Assembly (NCBI GenBank): GCA_023380755.1 | Contig: JAMCSD010000002.1 | Coordinates: 22,022 to 86,021, forward strand | Direction of reading: 5' to 3' | DNA from: Patescibacteria group bacterium | GTDB taxonomy: Bacteria > Patescibacteriota > Microgenomatia > UBA12405 | Length of the DNA stretch: 64,000 nt | Shown here: positions 32,731-42,099 of the stretch, piece after piece | How positions within the stretch are numbered: the stretch's first letter is position 1 | How the letters are laid out: each line of letters begins with the position of its first letter | The notes under the pieces: generated by a model | The model's database searches: none | What the model saw: the letters and a program-made list of their open reading frames with translations, nothing else | Told to the model about the DNA's origin: nothing | Program-made: the position numbers and the translations under genes

Positions 32731-34674
32731 TTATAATGAGAGTTTGATGGTTTTGTCCGCCGTCCAGTTGAAGGTTTCGTATTTTTGGCCGTTAACCCAA
32801 AGCTCATAAGGAATCGGTTTGGTTCCGGGTTGCTTTTGGAGTAAGAGAGTATAACTGCTGCTGGGAGCAACGGACGAGGTGTATTGGACGGAAGTTCTCA
32901 GGCTTCCCGGGGGGAATAATGGATATTTATTACCATAAAAACCTTCAAAGACTTGTTTCCCTAATTCTTCGTAAAGAACAGGTTCGACTTCAGAGCCGGT
33001 CATTTTAACCAGTTGACTACCGGTGGGGACATAAAATCGAAACCAGTCACGATATTTTTGAGCGTTAAGACATAAATCGCCTTTCTCCAAATTACAGTTA
33101 GAGGGAGGGAAGGGATCAGTATAAGTGATAGTAATTTTATGTTCGACCTTGCCATTAGTGCTGATAATCTCGTGTTTAATCTTCTCGCTTAAAAATAAAT
33201 TAGTTTTGTTACTCGACATATTAGCATCGTTGATATGAAGGTAATCAGTGTTCTTGTCAACCTGGGCGATGGCACCGGCGATATTGGCTTGGACTGCAGC
33301 AGCTTGAACATTTTTGTCCACGAAGTAAAAGAGCATATGTTTTTCATAAATGTCATTTAGTAGACCTTCAGCTAAGGGTCCGATTTTCTCTTTAGGAGAG
33401 CCCATGGCATTGGCTAAAAGGGAATGCATTAACGGTCCCAAAAAGCCCTTACGTTGGGTATCGATGTAGTTACGGGGTTTACCGGCAATATATTCCAGCT
33501 GGTAGATAATTTGAGGACAGCCGCCGCAGCGTTTGTCTGGTTCGGGAGTAAAATTCCCCCAACCGGGAACACCGACACGACCCAAGACTTTAACGAAATC
33601 AACCAATACTTGAGTATCCAGGCCAACGATAGCATCAAATTTGTCAGCAGGATCAGCTTTTTGAAAATAGGGCAACATGGTTTCGATGGAAGTCGGAAAA
33701 TCGGGGGAGATGTTCATGTCGCGGATGTTCCAATAGGGAACGTTGATATGGTAAGCCTTAATCGGACGGGGAGCAGGAACAGTACTTTTGAGTTTGGAAT
33801 CAAGAGAATAAATATCGTCGGAAGCCACTGGAGTAATCTTGCCCTTATCGACCTTAAGGATACCGTAGGCGGTCCAAAAACCACCGGTAGGTCGAAGTTC
33901 GGCGTCATTTTGGAAAAGCAATAAATACTGGCGTGGAGTATCTTTGCCCAGGAGCCAGGAGGTTTTAGAAAGAATTGGCTGGCCGTCTTTTAAGAATTGA
34001 TCGACTTGACCGACAACCTCTTGGGCTTTAAGGATGTTGCTTTGAATTTTGAAGCCTTTATATTCTTCTGGGTAGCGGCTGGCATCTATTTTGTCTAAAG
34101 AATCTTGAATTTTAGATATTTTTTGCTCAATAACGTTTAATTGAGGAACAATTCCTTCAATGGAATCAGTTAAAAAGGCAATCCGGTCTTCGGTGGTTTT
34201 GGCACTGTTAGTCGCTGAGCCTTTAAAACCGATAAAGTCTTGATAAGGTTCAATAGCCTTGATCACGATATCAGCGGTATCCAAACCATCACTGGTAATG
34301 GAAAGTAGCTGCTGGCCATCAGAGTAATAATTTTTAGCAATGGGAATAGCGGAAAGTATAGCTAGTTTTTGGTAGGACTTAGCGAGGTTTTGTTGATCTT
34401 GCCTTAAAGAAGCCACTTCGCTTTTCATTTTATTTAAGTCTTTGCTGGCTAAGATGCTTTGAATTTCCGCCTGTTTATTTTTTAATTGGTTAACTTGGGT
34501 TAAAAATTCTTTTCCAGGTAAGTAGATGGTAGTAAAGGCAAAAATACCGATAACGAGGAGGAGGGCAAAGAAGGCGGTGAGGATATAGAGCGTAGCTTTA
34601 AGAATAGGATGAAGTCTTTTTGGTGGAGCCATCGGAGGTTCTTGATTCGGTAACAGTGAAGGAATTTCGGTCAT
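32731..34674 (-). CDS. DUF4012 domain membrane-anchored protein
   Basis: N-terminal TM anchor and coiled-coil region. The diagnostic motif FQNDAELRPTGGFWTAYG is present. Confidence 0.75.
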   Translation of the reverse strand: MTEIPSLLPNQEPPMAPPKRLHPILKATLYILTAFFALLLVIGIFAFTTIYLPGKEFLTQVNQLKNKQAEIQSILASKDLNKMKSEVASLRQDQQNLAKSYQKLAILSAIPIAKNYYSDGQQLLSITSDGLDTADIVIKAIEPYQDFIGFKGSATNSAKTTEDRIAFLTDSIEGIVPQLNVIEQKISKIQDSLDKIDASRYPEEYKGFKIQSNILKAQEVVGQVDQFLKDGQPILSKTSWLLGKDTPRQYLLLFQNDAELRPTGGFWTAYGILKVDKGKITPVASDDIYSLDSKLKSTVPAPRPIKAYHINVPYWNIRDMNISPDFPTSIETMLPYFQKADPADKFDAIVGLDTQVLVDFVKVLGRVGVPGWGNFTPEPDKRCGGCPQIIYQLEYIAGKPRNYIDTQRKGFLGPLMHSLLANAMGSPKEKIGPLAEGLLNDIYEKHMLFYFVDKNVQAAAVQANIAGAIAQVDKNTDYLHINDANMSSNKTNLFLSEKIKHEIISTNGKVEHKITITYTDPFPPSNCNLEKGDLCLNAQKYRDWFRFYVPTGSQLVKMTGSEVEPVLYEELGKQVFEGFYGNKYPLFPPGSLRTSVQYTSSVAPSSSYTLLLQKQPGTKPIPYELWVNGQKYETFNWTADKTIKLSL

Positions 34675-34691
34675 GTATTAAGTGTATCAAA

Positions 34692-35360
34692 CTACCAATG
34701 AGAAATCATGCAAAAGGGAGTTTTCAGAAGGATCAGGATTTCTTGTCTCATGGATCGGGTGCGAATGTAGTGAGAATCCAGCCGAGCCCGCTGTTCAAAG
34801 GAGAGGTCATTACGACCTGAGGTTTGCCAGAGGCCAGTAATGCCTGGTTTAACTGAGCGGATATCTTCGATATATTCTTTGGTCTGAGGATATTTTTTGG
34901 CATATTCGCATAATTCTTCTTCACGGTAAGCCCGCGGGCCTACCAGGGTCATTTCTCCTTTGAGGACATTAATGAACTGCGGCATTTCGTCGATAGAGAA
35001 GGCGCGGATATATTTACCCACCGGAGTAATGCGCGGGTCTTCTTTAATCGAGAGTTTCCAGCCGGCAGCTTTGTATTTTTTCCAAAGCTCTGGGTATAAT
35101 TTTAACCTCTCGTCGTTGTTGCCGGTGTACATGGTGCGGAATTTATACATAAAGAATTCTTTGGAGCCTTTGCCAACGCGTTTTTGAGCAAAGAATACTG
35201 GTCCGGGAGAAGTTAGTTTGATAAGAATTGTGGTCACCAGCATGATTGGCGAGCTTAATATTAAGAGAACGAGGGAACCAATGATATCGATCAACCTTTT
35301 AACAATATTGAACAGAAAAATGCGTTGCTTCACAAATAAACGTGACTGATTAGTGATCAT
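34692..35360 (-). CDS. Polyprenyl-phosphate sugar-1-phosphate transferase (WbaP/WcaJ-type priming enzyme, small form)
   Basis: Motifs RLIDIIGSL, YKFRTM, and DEMPQFINVLKGEMTLVGPRA. Confidence 0.9.
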   Translation of the reverse strand: MITNQSRLFVKQRIFLFNIVKRLIDIIGSLVLLILSSPIMLVTTILIKLTSPGPVFFAQKRVGKGSKEFFMYKFRTMYTGNNDERLKLYPELWKKYKAAGWKLSIKEDPRITPVGKYIRAFSIDEMPQFINVLKGEMTLVGPRAYREEELCEYAKKYPQTKEYIEDIRSVKPGITGLWQTSGRNDLSFEQRARLDSHYIRTRSMRQEILILLKTPFCMISHW

Positions 35361-36424
35361 CGTTCAAAGAAATGTTTAGTTTTCTGGTCTGCCACTATTG
35401 TAGCAACTAAATCGCGAACCTTGGCCGAGAGTGGTAGTTGGCAAACTAAAAGTCCGGCGGGAGTGTCGATAATCGCCAGGTTGCTGACACCAATTAAACC
35501 GATTAACTTTTGAGGATTACCGGAGAGTAAACATGTGGAACTATCGATGGAAATATAGGGAGTTTGTTGGTTGAAGGTTGCAATTTGATTCTGGTCTTTT
35601 GACAGGAGCTGGTAAATGGACTGCCATTCGCCGACATCCGACCAGGAAAAGGTAGCGGGGATCATGGTTAGATTATGGGAACGTTCAGAGACCACATAGT
35701 CAAAAGCGAGATGAGGGCTTTGATGGTAAATACGGGCTAAGGAGGTGGGACTATCGGATCGGAGCAGTTGTTGGAAGATCTGATGGTATTTGGGACTGTG
35801 GATTGACAGCGAATGTTTGAGACTGGATAAGGAGAAAGTATAAATTCCTGAATTCCAGAACCATTGGGGATTACTGATTAAGCGGCGGCAGAGTGATTTT
35901 TTGGGCTTTTCGATAAATCGTATCACCGGATAAGGGGTACGGTGGCCAGAGATCTTGATATATCCATAAGATGGGTTGGGGGAAGTGGGGGTGATACCAA
36001 TGGTGACAATAGTCCCCCGTTGGGCCTGATGGTAGGCTGACTGAAGGCAAGAACGGAAACTCTCCAGTCCGGCAACAAAATGGTCTGCCGGAGTGGTGGT
36101 GATAATTGCTTGGGGATCTATCTTGGATATAACTGAGGTGGCATAAAGAATGGCGGTAGTCGTGTTTTTTCTTTCAGGCTCGAGCAAAACATGTTCACGG
36201 AATTTTTTGAGCTTGGCAGCATAAATTTTATTGGAAACGATGTAGAGATGACCTTTGGGGACTAGGTTTCGGCATCGGGCGATAGTTTCTTCAAGGAGAG
36301 TTTTGGTGGAGTCAATTTTAAGAAATTGTTTTGGTTGGCGGGAAGTAGACAGAGGCCAAAGACGTGGTCCGGTGCCACCACAAAGAATTACCAGGAAATG
36401 GTGGTTTTCTGATACTGCTGCCAT
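35357..36424 (-). CDS. manC: Mannose-1-phosphate guanylyltransferase
   Basis: NTP-transferase loop VILCGGTGPRLWPLS, followed by KQFLK. Length and order are consistent with ManC/CpsB. Confidence 0.8.
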   Translation of the reverse strand: MAAVSENHHFLVILCGGTGPRLWPLSTSRQPKQFLKIDSTKTLLEETIARCRNLVPKGHLYIVSNKIYAAKLKKFREHVLLEPERKNTTTAILYATSVISKIDPQAIITTTPADHFVAGLESFRSCLQSAYHQAQRGTIVTIGITPTSPNPSYGYIKISGHRTPYPVIRFIEKPKKSLCRRLISNPQWFWNSGIYTFSLSSLKHSLSIHSPKYHQIFQQLLRSDSPTSLARIYHQSPHLAFDYVVSERSHNLTMIPATFSWSDVGEWQSIYQLLSKDQNQIATFNQQTPYISIDSSTCLLSGNPQKLIGLIGVSNLAIIDTPAGLLVCQLPLSAKVRDLVATIVADQKTKHFFER

Positions 36425-37494
36425 ATATTTTTTAAAGACTTAAAAAAGTCTACCATGAAGCGTTGACGAGAAAAGCGATGAGCATTTTGGCGACAAGAAT
36501 CAGGAGAGAATTTATTTTTGGGAAAGATCTTTAAAGCTTGGATTAAAGAGGAAACACTTTGTTCCGGAAAAAGAAGCCCGGTGCGGCCATCAATGATCGT
36601 TTCGGAAAACCCACCTCGTTGATAGGCAATGACGGGTTTGCCGCAGGCTTGGGCTTCGAGAGCAGTATAGCCAAAATCTTCGAGTTGCGGACAAATCAAA
36701 GCTTGACAGTTTTGATAATGGAAAATTACTTCCTTTTGGGATAAATCACCCAAGAATTCAGTCTTCGAGCCTTTGGCAATTGACTGGAGACGAGCCAGAT
36801 CACGTCCAGTGCCAATGATTTTGAGTTGATTATTAGTTTGACGACAGGCTTCGATGGCCAGTTCAATTTTTTTATGGGGAACCAGGCGGGAAACAACTAA
36901 AAAATAAGGGGTAACTGACATAGTAGTGTTTTGAGGTCGAAAAACATCAAGGTCAACACCGGGATAGATGACTGGCGATGGGCGATGAAATTTTTTTTGG
37001 ATTCTCTTTTGGACTGTTTTGGAGATAGCAAAATAAAAATCAGGTCTTTGGGCATAAATATAGTCAATTTTTTGGTAAAGAGAAATGAAAGGTTGGAGAA
37101 AATTCGACGGCCTGAGGGAATAAAGATAACGGTTGGGAGTCAGGCAATAACAAAGGTGTAGGGTTCCAGGAAGGGTGATCAGGCATTGGCCATGAAAGCT
37201 GGTCAAGGAAATAACAATATCAAATTCAGAAAAATCAAATTGCTCGAGAGCAATCGGCTGAATTAGGGCAGAAAGAAGGTTGTTTTGTCGGAAAAAAGGA
37301 AAATTATTTAAGAAACTAGTACGGGGAATGATAGGAGACGGCAACCAGGAAGTTTTTTGGGGATTAAAAACAGTAGTGAATAGCTCGGCCTGGGGAAAAA
37401 GCTGGAGAAGATCGAGAAGAAGGCGTTCCGCCCCACCCCACTGGTTCAGCCAATCGTAAAAGATGGCTATTTTAGCGGTGGAGAATTCTTTCAT
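36388..37494 (-). CDS. Glycosyltransferase family 4
   Basis: GT-B C-terminal motif EDFGYTALEAQACGKPVIAYQRGGFSETI. Confidence 0.8.
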   Translation of the reverse strand: MKEFSTAKIAIFYDWLNQWGGAERLLLDLLQLFPQAELFTTVFNPQKTSWLPSPIIPRTSFLNNFPFFRQNNLLSALIQPIALEQFDFSEFDIVISLTSFHGQCLITLPGTLHLCYCLTPNRYLYSLRPSNFLQPFISLYQKIDYIYAQRPDFYFAISKTVQKRIQKKFHRPSPVIYPGVDLDVFRPQNTTMSVTPYFLVVSRLVPHKKIELAIEACRQTNNQLKIIGTGRDLARLQSIAKGSKTEFLGDLSQKEVIFHYQNCQALICPQLEDFGYTALEAQACGKPVIAYQRGGFSETIIDGRTGLLFPEQSVSSLIQALKIFPKNKFSPDSCRQNAHRFSRQRFMVDFFKSLKNIWQQYQKTTISW

Positions 37495-38578
37495 AAAAAC
37501 TAAAGGTTTGAGCGGCAGTTTGCGACCAGCTATATTTTTTAACTTGTCGGTAACCTTTGTTAATCAAATCTTTTCTTAAGGAGGGGGATTTTTGTAAAGC
37601 AACGATTTGGTGAACTAGCTCAGAGCTGGAATGAGGATTGAAGTAAAGAACTGAGTCGCCGTAGACTTCGGGAAGACAGGAGGAATTAGAAGAGATCACC
37701 GGGCAGCCCATCGCCTGTGCCTCTAACCCAGGGAGGCCGAAACCTTCCATTAATGATGGAAAAACAAAGGCTAAAGCATGCTGGTAGTGCGACACAAAAG
37801 CCTGATCGTCAACAAAACCCAAGAATTCGACCCGGGAGTCTAAGTTTAGCCGGTGAACAAGCTCCCTGGTCCGGTTTAAAAATTTACTGGGTTTGGAAAT
37901 TATTTTTAAGTGGAGATCGGGTATTTTTTGGAGAGAGTCAAAAATAATATTGATATTTTTATGAGGATAAAGATTACCTGTATATAAAATGTATGATTGG
38001 GATTCAGGAGAGGGTTTGGTCTTGACAAAGAAGGATTTGTCGACAGCTTCGTGGGTGGTAATAATCCTTTCGGAACTAACTCCAAAGTGATGAATAATGA
38101 AATTCCGCCAGTAGTCAGAGGGAACGAGGAGATAATTGGTTTTAATGACGATCTGGGTGGTGAGCCTGTAAGCCCAATACTTAGGCCAATAAAAGATGGG
38201 ATTTCGGGTAGTAGTTTCCTTGCCTTTGGAAAAATGTTTAATCAAGTCATGGATGGTGACTACCGTCGGACCAGTGTAGAGAATAGGTTTATTGAAATGA
38301 GGTATATGGACCAAGTCGGGATGAAGCTCGTGGAGTAATCGCGGGAAAAGGAGTTGTTCTTTGAAAGAATAGTGGCGGAAATTAGCAATAATATAACTAT
38401 AATCTTCCCCTAATTCCTGTTTAATTTGATCAGCCAATTCAGAGTAGACAACTAAAGTCCACCGGTATTTAGAAAAATCTTTGAGATGAGGGAATTCGTG
38501 TAATAGGTTTTGGATATAACGGCCGATGCCGGTGTGTTTCGGGCCATAAAGTCGAGCGTCAATGACGATGTGTTTCAT
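37472..38578 (-). CDS. Glycosyltransferase family 4
   Basis: Motif EGFGLPGLEAQAMGCPVISSNSSCLPEV. Confidence 0.8.
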   Translation of the reverse strand: MKHIVIDARLYGPKHTGIGRYIQNLLHEFPHLKDFSKYRWTLVVYSELADQIKQELGEDYSYIIANFRHYSFKEQLLFPRLLHELHPDLVHIPHFNKPILYTGPTVVTIHDLIKHFSKGKETTTRNPIFYWPKYWAYRLTTQIVIKTNYLLVPSDYWRNFIIHHFGVSSERIITTHEAVDKSFFVKTKPSPESQSYILYTGNLYPHKNINIIFDSLQKIPDLHLKIISKPSKFLNRTRELVHRLNLDSRVEFLGFVDDQAFVSHYQHALAFVFPSLMEGFGLPGLEAQAMGCPVISSNSSCLPEVYGDSVLYFNPHSSSELVHQIVALQKSPSLRKDLINKGYRQVKKYSWSQTAAQTFSFYERILHR

Positions 38579-39531
38579 GGGGTTAGCTGGGCTTTGGCAG
38601 TCCGAAAAATTTCTAAGAGATTGATGCCGAGGTTAACCATAGATCGTGTAAAAGGGTTATATTGTTGATTAAGGTTACGTCTATAAAAGATCCGCATGGC
38701 TTGAGTTGAAGCTTGGGCAATCTTTAATTTTGTTTGGCGAGAGGCGGTGGTCAGACCAGCTGTCTGTTTCTTAATTCCAGAGGAAATACCCTGATAATGA
38801 GTAATAAATGTGTTCGGATTGTACCACAGCTGGTAATTCCCCTTTTGGAGCTGGAAGCAGAGGTCGAGATCTTCGCCATAAAAATAATAGTCTTCACACC
38901 ACCATTTAATATTTTCACCGACAGTTTTTTTGATCATCAGGAAAGCGCCACTACAAGCTTCAATTTTTTGGGGCCGGGAATAGTCTAAGTGGCCGAGGAA
39001 GTAACCATTGAGAAGTGGAGAATGAGGGAAAAGAGTGCCGAGGCCAGAAAAGTGACAGAAAGAGCGCCAAGGAGTGGGAAAACCACGGTGACATTCGAGT
39101 TGGGTTTGTCCGGATTTAGCGAGGATAATTTGGCAGGTGCTAGCATCGACCTGAGGGTGGTCCTGAAAGAACTCGATCATTTTTTTGAGGGTATCTTTTT
39201 CAACAGTAGTGTCGGCGTTTAAGAAGAGTACATATTCTGTTTGGGGATCAAGAATTTGAAGACCCTGGTTGTTGCCGGCAGCAAAACCAAGGTTGGAGGC
39301 CAAGGTAAGATATTTGGTGTGGGAAGGGGTATACGTTTTGGAAAGTTCGAGGGAATTATCGGTCGAGGCATTGTCGACCACAATAGTATTAAAGCGGGTA
39401 TAAGTTGACAGTTTAAGGCTGGCAAGGCATTTCGCCAGATAGTCTTGGGAGTTGTAATTAAGAATAATCACCGATAATAATGGTAATTTACTGGGTGATG
39501 TTTTCATAAATATTATTGAGTGTATTGGCAC
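38575..39531 (-). CDS. Glycosyltransferase family 2
   Basis: Motifs LSVIILNYNSQDYL...VVDNASTDNS and NADT. Confidence 0.8.
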   Translation of the reverse strand: MPIHSIIFMKTSPSKLPLLSVIILNYNSQDYLAKCLASLKLSTYTRFNTIVVDNASTDNSLELSKTYTPSHTKYLTLASNLGFAAGNNQGLQILDPQTEYVLFLNADTTVEKDTLKKMIEFFQDHPQVDASTCQIILAKSGQTQLECHRGFPTPWRSFCHFSGLGTLFPHSPLLNGYFLGHLDYSRPQKIEACSGAFLMIKKTVGENIKWWCEDYYFYGEDLDLCFQLQKGNYQLWYNPNTFITHYQGISSGIKKQTAGLTTASRQTKLKIAQASTQAMRIFYRRNLNQQYNPFTRSMVNLGINLLEIFRTAKAQLTP

Positions 39532-40690
39532 TTTTAGCCCAGGAGTAGAATTCTTTGACTAAGAGTTGGGCATTGGTGCCAATGGTTTCGCGAAGTTGGG
39601 AGTCGGTTAAAAGTTTAACCGCGTTTTGGGTAAGTTCATTGTAATCGCAAACGATGGCGTCATGATCGTTCTGAATATTAATGCCTTCCATCCCCTGCTT
39701 GGTGGTCAAAACGGGAAGTTTACAAGCCATAGCTTCAAAAAATTTGGTTCGGGATCCTCCACCGCTTTTAATCGGGGCTAATAAGATCCAACTTTTTTGA
39801 TAATAAGAACGAGGATCGTTGGGAAGGCCGTCATTGGCTGCTTCTTTAATAATGACATTGGGATCTTGAACATGATCAAAGGTGGCAGGGGCAAAACGGC
39901 CGATAATGAATAAACGGGCAGTAGGAATTTTAGCCTTGATACTTGGCCAAATATCCCGAAGAAGTAAGTTGGCACCTTCACTATTTTGCATCCATTTCAT
40001 GTTGGAAATACCAAAAAGGATGGAAGGGTAAACGGTTTTTTTAACTTTTGTTTTGGGTTGAAAATATTGATCGTCAACGCCATTGGGAACAATTTGGATA
40101 TCTTTACGGCTTGAAAGTTGAGACATAATTAACCGATCTTCTTCGGAAACAGCGGCAATGTAATCGGTCTTTTTCCAATAATAACTTTCCCAGTATTTGA
40201 TCTTAAAAACATCAAACCAAAGAAGAAAAGAAAACAGTTTTTTGAAACCGTGAATGGTTTCGACATAATGCTGATAAACGGCAAATTCAATAGTTTGATC
40301 GACGAGCATAATGGGGATGTCGGTTTGCGGGATGTTGGGCATCAAGTAAAAGCATTCGGTGTGGATCAGGTCATAATGCGTCTGGCTTAGCTCTTCACGA
40401 ATTTTACTTTGTAACTCATCGGATAAGTAATTGGTAACCAGGAAAGGGTAGGTGCTAAAGCCAGTAAGGAGAATTTTTTTAAGATCCCAGGTTTTGCCCC
40501 GCTTAATGATAATTACCTTAGAACAATATTGCTTTAATTCTTCTAAGCCCTTTTGGTCGCGGGTAAAACAAATTAAAGTGATTTCATTTTGCAGGGAAAG
40601 ATGTTTGATTTGAAAAAAGGAGCGGGTCTGACCGCCAGATTGGGACCGGCAAGGCAGGTAGGGGGTAATCATTAGGATGCGGCGTTTCAT
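39488..40690 (-). CDS. Glycosyltransferase family 4
   Basis: Motif GGGSRTKFFEAMACKLPVLTTKQGMEGI in a GT-B architecture. Confidence 0.7.
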   Translation of the reverse strand: MKRRILMITPYLPCRSQSGGQTRSFFQIKHLSLQNEITLICFTRDQKGLEELKQYCSKVIIIKRGKTWDLKKILLTGFSTYPFLVTNYLSDELQSKIREELSQTHYDLIHTECFYLMPNIPQTDIPIMLVDQTIEFAVYQHYVETIHGFKKLFSFLLWFDVFKIKYWESYYWKKTDYIAAVSEEDRLIMSQLSSRKDIQIVPNGVDDQYFQPKTKVKKTVYPSILFGISNMKWMQNSEGANLLLRDIWPSIKAKIPTARLFIIGRFAPATFDHVQDPNVIIKEAANDGLPNDPRSYYQKSWILLAPIKSGGGSRTKFFEAMACKLPVLTTKQGMEGINIQNDHDAIVCDYNELTQNAVKLLTDSQLRETIGTNAQLLVKEFYSWAKSANTLNNIYENITQ

Positions 40691-42099
40691 TGGTTTAGGT
40701 CAAGGATGACAAACTGATTATTTTTGAATATGGCAGGATAATTTTTCATCATCATGTTAGTGTAATTATCAAAGTTAACGGAAACAAGATAAACCGGGCG
40801 GGGGGTAACTAAAGTTTTTATATGATTGACGTCGTAAATTTCGATCGGCCAGCCAGCCCGGTGGGTTTGATAAAGAAAGGCAGTGTCGCCATTATAAGGA
40901 GCAACAACAGTCGCATTAGGGGGAATCATCTGGTTGACTTGGTCGCCGGCAGTGACTATGACTGGATTGTTGATTTGATAATAACCCTGGATGTCGTACC
41001 AGGAAAAAGCGATGGTGGCAATTAAGATGACAAGAGCGGAAATAAGGCCAATTAATCGACGAGAGAATACAAAACGGCTAACATAAAAAAGCCCGGTACC
41101 AGCCATAATGGAAACGAAAGGAATAATCAAGGTTTGGTAATAATCGTGTTGAACATTACCGCGGGCGATAACTATGAAATAAAGTAAAATTCCCAAAGAT
41201 AACAGTAAAAGTATGGTTTGAGACCGGTCTTTTTTGTAAGCGAAGCCCAAAAAGAAGGGAATCGTTCCAAAGGAGCCTAAGATTAATTTGGCGAGCCGCT
41301 CATCAAATAGCCAACGGAACCAAGCCGGACGAAAACGGATGTTGCCGCCATTAAATAACCAGTCGGAAGCCGGAATACCTTCGGGGTGGCGGGAAATCCA
41401 TAAGCGCCACAGGATGAAAGGAACCAGAGAAATGAGACCAAAAAGTATAACCTTAAAAAAGGGTTTTCGGTGAAAAAGATAAAATTTATATAGAAATAAG
41501 TAACCAATTAACGGAAATAATAATAAAGCGGTATATGGTTTAAGAAGAATGGAAATGCCCAGAGGTAAAGAAGCAAGGACGAAGGAGTTATTGAGGAGAA
41601 ACCATAAGGAAAGAACCATAAAGAAAACCGCGGTGGGTTCGGGAAGAATTGTTCGAGAATAGTAAATGTTGTAGGGCAGAAAGAGAAACAGAACTAAGGT
41701 AAAGGCAGCCGCCAAGAAACTCTTCGTAATTTTTTGAGTAATGAAGAATAAAAGAAGGGCGCTGCCGAGGGAAAAGAATATGGATACCAGCCGTTGGACT
41801 TCTTCGGGGGTGAGGTGAAACATTTTCAGAGGCTGGTAAAGTAGGGCAGAAAGGGCATTATAAATTGGGACTTCCACCAGGCGATAGCCTTGGGGATTGT
41901 CTTTGCCTGATGGGACGTTAGAAAGGTCGTGGTAAATAGGATTTAAGAGGTCAATGCCATGATCGATATAGTTGCGGGTGACAGAGGCGGTGTCAGCTTG
42001 ACGCCATGAGTGCCAATCAGCAACGGGATTATTAAACTTATAGAAGCGGACCAGTAACCCAGTGGCGAGTAAGGCGACAATTAGTAGTTTTTTAATCAT
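40687..42099 (-). CDS. GT-C fold glycosyltransferase (ArnT/PMT-like, polyprenyl-phosphate-sugar dependent)
   Basis: About 11 TM helices. The first loop carries WRQADTASV, an Asp-containing GT-C-like motif. There is a C-terminal soluble domain. Confidence 0.7.
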   Translation of the reverse strand: MIKKLLIVALLATGLLVRFYKFNNPVADWHSWRQADTASVTRNYIDHGIDLLNPIYHDLSNVPSGKDNPQGYRLVEVPIYNALSALLYQPLKMFHLTPEEVQRLVSIFFSLGSALLLFFITQKITKSFLAAAFTLVLFLFLPYNIYYSRTILPEPTAVFFMVLSLWFLLNNSFVLASLPLGISILLKPYTALLLFPLIGYLFLYKFYLFHRKPFFKVILFGLISLVPFILWRLWISRHPEGIPASDWLFNGGNIRFRPAWFRWLFDERLAKLILGSFGTIPFFLGFAYKKDRSQTILLLLSLGILLYFIVIARGNVQHDYYQTLIIPFVSIMAGTGLFYVSRFVFSRRLIGLISALVILIATIAFSWYDIQGYYQINNPVIVTAGDQVNQMIPPNATVVAPYNGDTAFLYQTHRAGWPIEIYDVNHIKTLVTPRPVYLVSVNFDNYTNMMMKNYPAIFKNNQFVILDLNQ

